Assembly: GCA_964016885.1 (NCBI GenBank) | Contig: OZ024743.1 | Coordinates: 302,994,001 to 303,058,000, forward strand | DNA: 64,000 nucleotides | Direction of reading: 5' to 3' | Origin: Eledone cirrhosa | Taxonomy: Eukaryota | In this document: piece by piece, positions 56,580 through 64,000 of the stretch | How positions within the stretch are numbered: position 1 is the first letter of the stretch | Layout of the letters: the number at the start of each line of letters is the position of its first letter | Translations under genes and position numbers: made by a program | The notes under the pieces: generated by a model | The model's input: only the letters and a program-made list of their open reading frames with translations | The model's database searches: none | Told to the model about the DNA's origin: nothing

Positions 56580-57223
56580 TTTTGAGTCTATCTATATAGT
56601 TTGATGCCTTCCTCTTTGTTAGTAGTAGGAATTCTATAATGTGGAAGTGGCAGCCAGCAGAGACTGGCGGCGTTGGCGATACTGAGACAGTGGTGGTGGT
56701 GATGTCGATACCGAGGCAGTGGTGGCGGTGATGCGACCGTATTACTGTAGTGATGGTGCTGTAGCGGTGGCAGCAGCAGTGAAGGAGTCAAGGGGTGGTG
56801 GCGGCGGTGATGGGATAGTGGTGGTAATGATGGCCGTAGTGAGCGGTGGCGGTGAAGGTGAAAATGCTGTTCTGTTTAGTGTACACAGATGATGGGGTGG
56901 GTGGTGTATCTAGTTTCTGGTGTTGGTGAGTTTAGCTGTCCTATATAGTGTAGCCAGAGGAGAGCAGGGGGGGGGGGTTCTTCTTCTTCCATTTATAGCC
57001 ATTTCTTTTTTGGATATACAGTGTACAATACAAAGTTGAATATTTGAATATTTGAGCCTTATAACAATATATTTTGGGTCCGAATTTTTTGGGGCTCAAG
57101 CCGGGTGCTTTACGTAGCATTTGTACTAAGAGTTGTTATTTCACAAATGATTTAAATATGTTAAAAATTCAAAACTTACGGGAGCGATTTCATGACCTCC
57201 GTCACCTCGTGCGTCTTCTTCCC
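56580..57223 (-). repeat. Leader module copy 1 (upstream of R4-A)
   Basis: 56850-57222 aligns with 58670-59037. Starts right at (TAA)n. Confidence 0.7.
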
Positions 57224-57246
57224 TATTATTATTATTATTATTATTA

Positions 57247-57321
<75 letters not shown>
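57224..57321. repeat. (TTA)n microsatellite
   Basis: About 32 units, forming the tail of 57322-58035. Confidence 0.95.
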
Positions 57322-57323
<2 letters not shown>

Positions 57324-58035
57324 GTTGCATTTATCTTGCTTTATGTTCATACATGTTATCACCAAGTCACAACCAGTGACCTCAATAGACAACAACGTCC
57401 GCCATGTTCAAGAAAGAACATACATACACACACATGCATCTTTACGTGTTTAGACTTGTGATGTACTTATATTGACAACATTTACCAATATTTCTTCGTA
57501 TATTGGCTAGTCTTTTATTCTCAATATAGCCTCTGTTTTCGGGATGTTTCTTTTTTACACTTGATATATGTCTGTTCTGTATTAGATCTATTTGATGGGT
57601 AGTACATGGCAGTGTAGAAAGCCTCAAGGATTTCTTTATTGTCTTCCCTTGACCATTTTTCTCTCTTTTTCTTTGGATTTCTTGGTGGTGCGCAACGAGG
57701 GCCAACAGTAGGACTATTCCGGTTATGGGAAGTCTTCAGCTCCGAAGTGATGGGAAGGTTTGAACCATTAGCAGATTGTTAGACCCCAGTATGGATCCTC
57801 TCTGAGGGACGCGACCGTTTTTGACCCGGGTGACGGCCGATCCGTTATGAGATTTTATCATTTGACATTTACTTTATTTTGTCGCGTTTTATCCTTAACC
57901 GCCAAGGTGTAATCATTTAGTGTTACCACTTCCAGGACTAGAGGGGTAGTCTTCCCCTAGAGACACGGCTACTCCCCGCCGGCCGCCATCCCGGTATTCT
58001 TGGTCACGGGTTTTCCTTGTTTGTTGTTTTTTAAA
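57322..58035 (-). mobile_element. Short internally deleted R4/Dong family B element
   Basis: N-terminal RKKWSREDNKEILEAFY..KRLANIRR is joined near 57478 to a 3' UTR closely matching 59705-59856. Confidence 0.8.
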
Positions 58036-58099
58036 TTATTATCATGAGTGGTTCCTTAATGTGAGCATTGCGTGGCTTAAAATGAAATTATTATTAATA

Positions 58100-59037
58100 A
58101 TATAATATACTTTTTGCTGAACTTGCCTGTTATTGTTGTTGGCTATGTCGGTGGTGGTGCTGGGGCTTTTTCTATTGTTGGTGGGGAAAGGGTGAACCAG
58201 CAGTGCCATAGTCGTTGACGTTTGACCGAGTCACTAAGTCAGTCTATTTATATATTTTCCTAGCCTCTCCCTTGTGATACCGCCACCTTCCCCTTTCTTA
58301 AGTTAACAGAATGTAGTGTGGAAATAGTGGTTAGCAATAATGGAGTGGTGGCAGCAGTGATGGGATAGTGGTACCAATCATGGAGTGGTAACTATAGTGA
58401 TGGCGTTGTCGTTACTGAGTTTTGTTGAATAGAGTGTAGTAGTAAGCGTTTGTTTGATCTCTGTATCTATACGGTTTGTCGCGTCTGTTTAATATATGTG
58501 TTGACATATTCCTTAATATTTGAATTAAACATTTTGAAAAATCTTGAGATACAATAATAGCAATTATTAATCCTTACGGGGTCGATAAAATAAAGTACCA
58601 GTAATGTACTGGCTAATTGCTGACCTTGTGTCTAAAGTAGAAACAATTATTATTATCCTGGGATTGGTGGTGGTGGTGGTGAAATTGCCGTTATCTGGCT
58701 GTTGTATTTAGTGTACAAAGAGGGGTGATGGGATAGGTAGTGTATCTACTTTGTTGTGTTGGTGAAATTGCTGTTATTTGGCTGTTCTATATAGTGTAGA
58801 CAGAGGGGCTTTTCTTCCATTTATAACCATTTTTTTTTTTTATAAAACTTTATAATACAAAATTGAATATTTGAGCGATATAACAGGATATTATGGATCC
58901 GAATTTTGTGAGAGCTAAGTCCGGTGCTTTATGTACCATTTGTACAAGAATTATTATATCACAATTGTTTTAAATATGTTAAAATTCAAAAACTTACTAT
59001 TTCATAACATTCTATCGACCACGTACATCTTCTTCCC
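58100..59037 (-). repeat. Leader module copy 2 (upstream of the R4-B derivative), with a SINE piece at 58570-58648
   Basis: Diverged copy of 56580-57223. Confidence 0.65.
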
Positions 59038-59039
59038 GC

Positions 59040-59679
59040 GGGCACTCGTCCAGTGTCCGAGCATTGCTGACTTGTGGGTTAATGTCGAACACCTGCTGTC
59101 GCGTGTAGAACGGATCGGACTATAAGCTGAGTCCATCGTGAGGATTGCCCCGCCTTCCTCATTTAGCCGGGAAGGGCAGGCAATTTTTATCTGTCTGATG
59201 GCCATGGCGAAAGAGATAGTATGGTGGACACGTTTGAAAGGGCTGGAGACGAGGACTTACCTCTTCGGTGATGCTCTGATTAACCTTTTCCAATTTCATT
59301 TGAAGAGGAAAATCAGGGTACAGAGGGAGGTGCTCTCTTCCCAGCTTTTTGTTGAAAGATGGGTGAGAGAGGAAAGAATGGCCCGAGTGAGTGGACCTAC
59401 TCTGAGTATATGACTATAAATCGAAGGTCGAAAACTGGGAGAGAACAATTGCCTTGGTGGTCAGGGTCACTGTGGCATTTTTAATGGGCTTTCTCCAATA
59501 TGGCTCTCGGAAGTCTCCCCCCACCCCTATTGGGGACTTTTTTCATTGTTATATTATTACATCCTCTTTTTTTTTTTTTACACGCAGAAATGCCCATTTG
59601 TACCGTATTGTCCTGTATTGTCCTGTATTGTCCTTAATGTCTACTTTGTGTATACCATTGTGGTTAATAAAGAAAGAAT
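59040..59679 (+). mobile_element. Tx1/L1-like 3' fragment (same family as 47065-52656)
   Basis: Aligns with 52028-52655. AATAAA, then (TTA)n. Confidence 0.92.
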
Positions 59680-59703
59680 TATTATTATTATTATTATTAT
59701 TAT

Positions 59704-61551
59704 TTGAATTTATCTTGCTTTATGTTCATACGAGTTATCACCAAGTCACAACCAGTGACCTCCAGAGACAACAAGGTCCGCCATGTTCAAGAAAGGACAT
59801 ACATACACACACATGCATCTTTAGGTGTTTAGACTTGTGATGTACTTATATTGACAGAATCTTCCTTAGTACATGGGCAGTTCCCATTAGTACTATCTTC
59901 TGTATTTCTCCTATACGCGGGTTTCATGGGATTTGCGATAAGTAATCATTAGATTCCTTAGGTATCATTCCTAGAGCGCCTACAACCACTGGTATTGTTT
60001 TAGTTCTCAATTCCACATTTATCCAATTTCTATCTCCAGGTCCTTATACTTGCTCAATTTTTCAAATGTTTTTATAGATAAATTCTTGTCTATTGGAACG
60101 GACATATCAATTAGCAAGCTACCCTCATTTTAAAGTCCCTCAGTATTATATCAGGTCTATTTGCATTTATTTTTCGGTCTGTTTGGATGCTAAAGTTCCA
60201 CAAAATTGAGATGTGATCTTTTTCAGGCATGGGATGTGGTTGATGCTCCCACCAATTCTTTTGTTGGGGCAGGTCGAAAGGCTTACACATTATCCAATGT
60301 ATGTATTGTGCAGCTCTGTCATGCCTGTTTAGGTATTCGGTTGGAACTATAGGACTGCACATTGAAAATTATATGATCAATGGTCTATGGTTGTTTTTAC
60401 ATACACGGCATAATGGGTTGCATCCATTTTTTTTTTATGATGGCTTGGTAATTTTGTGTTGGCAGACACTGATCTTGTGCTGATATAATCATTCCTTCAG
60501 TCTCCGTTTTCAGTCCACAGGATGCCAACCACTGTTGGGTTAAAGTTTTGTCAATATCAGGATTGTTAGCTCTTTCTGAGTATTTTCCATACATAGGCTT
60601 TTCTTGCCATTTCTTAGCCAGTGTGTGTAGCATTTCTTTCTTTGCAGTTACTTTTACCTGCTTTTCTTTTTCTGTGTTTTCCATTTCAGCAATAAATGGG
60701 ACTTCTGAAATGTGTTGTCCATTACTGTATCTTTGTGCATCTTTTGTAATGGAGTATGATCTTTTGATTCTTTCGTGTTTGAAAACGAGTTTGATCATCC
60801 AATCATATGATTCCCTTAGATATGTAGATAATCCAATTGTTGCAGTTTTCAACGCAATATCCAACTGGATTAACCCACATCCTCCTTCTTTCCTAGGGAG
60901 ATATATTCTATTTGTATCTGCCTTAGGGTGATGCATTCTGTGCATGTTTAAGTATTTTCTAATTTTTGTATCGAGCCTACGGATCTCTGTATTTGACCAG
61001 TTGATGACATTGTCACTGTAGGTTACTACTGGTATGGCAAGCGTGTTTATGGCATCGATCCTATTCCTTGCATTCAATTCCGTTCTTAAAATTGCTCTTA
61101 ATCTGCCGTAACATTGCTTCCTTATCCTTTCCCTCATTGTCGAGTGCTTGATTCCGTCTCCTTCACAAACACCTAGATATTTGTAAGTTAACTCTTCATC
61201 AAGTTCTCTTATGACATTCCCCCGATCAAGATTAATGTCAGAACTTTTCAACAGCTTTCCTCTGGTGAACGTTGCTTTGGCGGATTTATCTAGTCCAAAC
61301 TCCAGGTTAATATCATCACTGAACTGCTCCACAGTGGATCTTGCAATTGTTCATCATTTTTTGCAAATAGTTTCATGTCATCTATGTAGAACAAGTGATT
61401 AATGGTTTTGTCATAGACTTTATATCCATGTTTTGTTTCATTGAGCATTTTACTTAATGGTGTAATGGCGATGCAGAATAAAAGCGGTGATAAAGTGTCA
61501 CCCTGAAAAATTCCACAATTAATATTATCCTCTCCAGCTTCCAGTGATTCC
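59704..61551 (-). mobile_element. R4/Dong-like family B, 5'-truncated
   Basis: GIFQGDTLSPL, YKYLGV, RIYLPRKEGG, EGMIISAQDQ, ANRPDIIL. (TAA)n on both sides. Confidence 0.9.
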
Positions 61552-61577
61552 TTATTAGTATTATTATTATTATTAAT

Positions 61578-63217
61578 GTTCTTTGAGTCTCAGTCATTGA
61601 TGTTAGTTAACTGGAAAGTTTGTTGAAATGAATATCAAGCCACTACCTGCAGCCTCAGATATTCAGGACGTATCGGGTTCTTGCTGTTCCCAGCAAGCAT
61701 GCCTTTTGAAGCGTTCCAAAAAGCGTGGCGGGGCCAATTTTCTTTAACCATGCCTGGAAACCTTTTGAGATAGTACCTAGTGCGCCTATGACAATCGGGA
61801 CCACTTTGACTTCATGGCAGTTCCAAATCCTTTTTACCTCCCACTTTAATTCCTGGTATCGGTTAATTTTCTCCCTCTCCTTCTCTTACACTCTCGTGTC
61901 GAATGGGCAGGCCACATCCCCAATCTAGCACGATCTTTTTTCCTTGTCCCAAACCACCAGTCATGTCTATTGTGTTCCAGTTTCTTGTCCGTCTGTATCC
62001 TAAAATTCCACAGCACCTTCACCTGATCGTTTTCTATCACCGACTCTGGCTCATGCTCATACCACTTTTAAGAATGTGGTAAATTGTTTACTTTGCATTG
62101 GTGCCTGTGGATCAACCTGCCCATCACATCATGTCTCAAGCCCTTATAGTGAGTATGGGTTAGGTGTTTACGCTCGGATACAATGTCAGCCACAGTCTCC
62201 TCTCTCTCTCCACAGATCCTGCACAGTGTGCTAGCCTCCTCCTTATAAATATGGTGTTACAACCACTTCGTTTTGAGGCCTTGCTCTTGCGCAGCCATTA
62301 GCATTCCTTCTGTAGCCTTTTTAAGGTCTCCTCTTTTCAACCAGTTCCATGTCTGTGGATCTCTGAATTCAGTTTTCTTAAAGAAGGTACTATGAAGGGA
62401 TTTTTCATGAAGGCTGCTCTTTCTCCTTGTTGTTATGTCATCCTTGGACATCCCTGGTCTATTGTCCTCTCCTTCAGTACAATCAGAACATTGGCTCCTT
62501 ACTATCAGTCACGGATTTGTGTAGGGTGTTTTTCTCCATCTGAACACAGTCCTCTATGCTGATAAACCTCTTCCACCTTCAGATCTCCTTAAGTAGAGTC
62601 TATCGACATCACTCCTCTTGTGGAACATGTTGTAGATAGTCAATAGCTTCCTAGTCTTCCTATCCATTTCCTTTTGTTCAGCAACATTCCATCATAGCAT
62701 TCCCGCACTGTACCTAATAATAGACACAGCTCGGGTATTTACTGCACTTATGGCATTCCTACTGTTCAGATGTGACTTTAATACGCTCCTTACTCTCCGA
62801 ATGTATTCAGATCTTATCAATTGCTTCATTTTTTTTTGTTCTTGATGTCATCAGCCTCCAGAACACCCAAATACTTGTATCCTTCTTCAGTGTCTTCCTT
62901 TATCATCTCACCTGTTGGTACCTGGATTCCGTTGTTTCTGCTCAATTTACCCCACTTCATCACAAGGACTCCACACTTACTAATACCAAATTGCATACAT
63001 ATATCAATGCTGAAAATACGGACAGTGTCAACAAGCACATCCAACTCCTTCTCACTCTTCTCGAAGAGCTTAAGATCGTCTATGAAAAGGAGGTGATTGA
63101 TGGTAAGCTCTCCCTTTCCCAACTTGTATCCTGCTCTCACGTTTCGCAGTATATTGGTCAGGGTATCAGGGCAAGGACAAACAACAGAGGGGACAGACTA
63201 TCTCCCTGGAAGATACC
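61578..63217 (-). mobile_element. R4/Dong-like family A, 5'-truncated at the RT QGD motif
   Basis: Aligns with 52688-54336. Confidence 0.92.
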
Positions 63218-63225
63218 TGGAAGAT

Positions 63226-64000
63226 ATTAGGTATCATTCCTAGAGCGCCTACAACCACTGGTATTGTTTTAGTTCTCAATTTCCACATTTTTCCAATTTC
63301 TATATTTTCAAATGTTTTTATAGATACATTCTTGTCTATTGGAACAGACATATCAATTAGCAGGCATACCCTCATTTTAAAGTCCTCTAGTATTATATCA
63401 GGTCTATTTGCATCTATTTTTCGTTCTGTTTGGATGCTAAAGTTCCACAAGATTGAGATGTAATCTTTTTCAAGTATGGGAGGTGGTTGATGCTCCCACC
63501 AATTCTTTTGATGGGGCAGGTCAAAATGCTTACACATTATCCAATGTATGTATTGTGCAGCTCTGTCATGCCTGTTTAGGTATTCGGTTGGAGCTATAGG
63601 ACTGCACATTGAATTTATATGGTCAATGGTCTCTGGTTGTTTTTTACATACACCAGCATAATGGGCTGCATCCAATGGTTTTGTCATAGACTTTATATCC
63701 ATGTTTTGTTTCATTGAGCATTTTACTTAATGGTATAAGTGCGATGCAGTATAAAAGCGGTGATAAAGAGTCACCCTGAAAAATTTCACAATTAATATAC
63801 ACTTCTCCAGCTTCCAGCGATCTTGTTTCACCATTCAAAAGGAGTGTCGTTTTCCATGTCTTCATACTGAATGACAAAACCTCCTGACAAAGGAGATATT
63901 TTGAAAATCTCTAAACATTTTTCAATCCAACTGCGTGGCTAACTATCGAATGCTTTTGTATACTCTATCCAAGCAATTGCTAGATGTTTGTGTCTATTAT
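63226..64000 (-). mobile_element. R4/Dong-like family B with internal deletion (junction near 63675), running off the window
   Basis: AWIEYTKAFDS, IFQGDSLSPLLY joined directly to the zinc knuckle and RLE (ANRPDIIL..IDMSVP). Confidence 0.85.

Overview
AT-rich, microsatellite-dense eukaryotic DNA made almost entirely of transposon remnants. I found no host protein-coding gene, rRNA, tRNA gene or CRISPR array. The repeat content resembles an invertebrate, probably cephalopod/octopus, genome (inference). Region 1-36 kb holds Penelope-like retroelement (PLE) fragments from several families (Neptune-type, and a CxCx5C-GIY-YIG 'Hydra'-type), inserted in (TA)n tracts. Their pseudo-LTRs carry about 10 hammerhead ribozyme (HHR) motifs. 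Several short palindromic fold-back elements have their symmetry axis at the ribozyme. tRNA-derived SINEs, Helitron-like elements and a CR1-like LINE end are also present. Region 37.3-42.8 kb is a decayed CsRn1-like Gypsy LTR element with paired LTRs, GGTT target duplication and a tRNA-Trp PBS. Region 45-64 kb is a (TTA/TAA)n-anchored array of Tx1/L1-like (APE) LINEs on + and two families of R4/Dong-like (RLE) LINEs on -. It includes an internally deleted derivative and a shared 5' leader module. All family assignments rest on motifs read by eye, and coordinates are approximate to a few bases.
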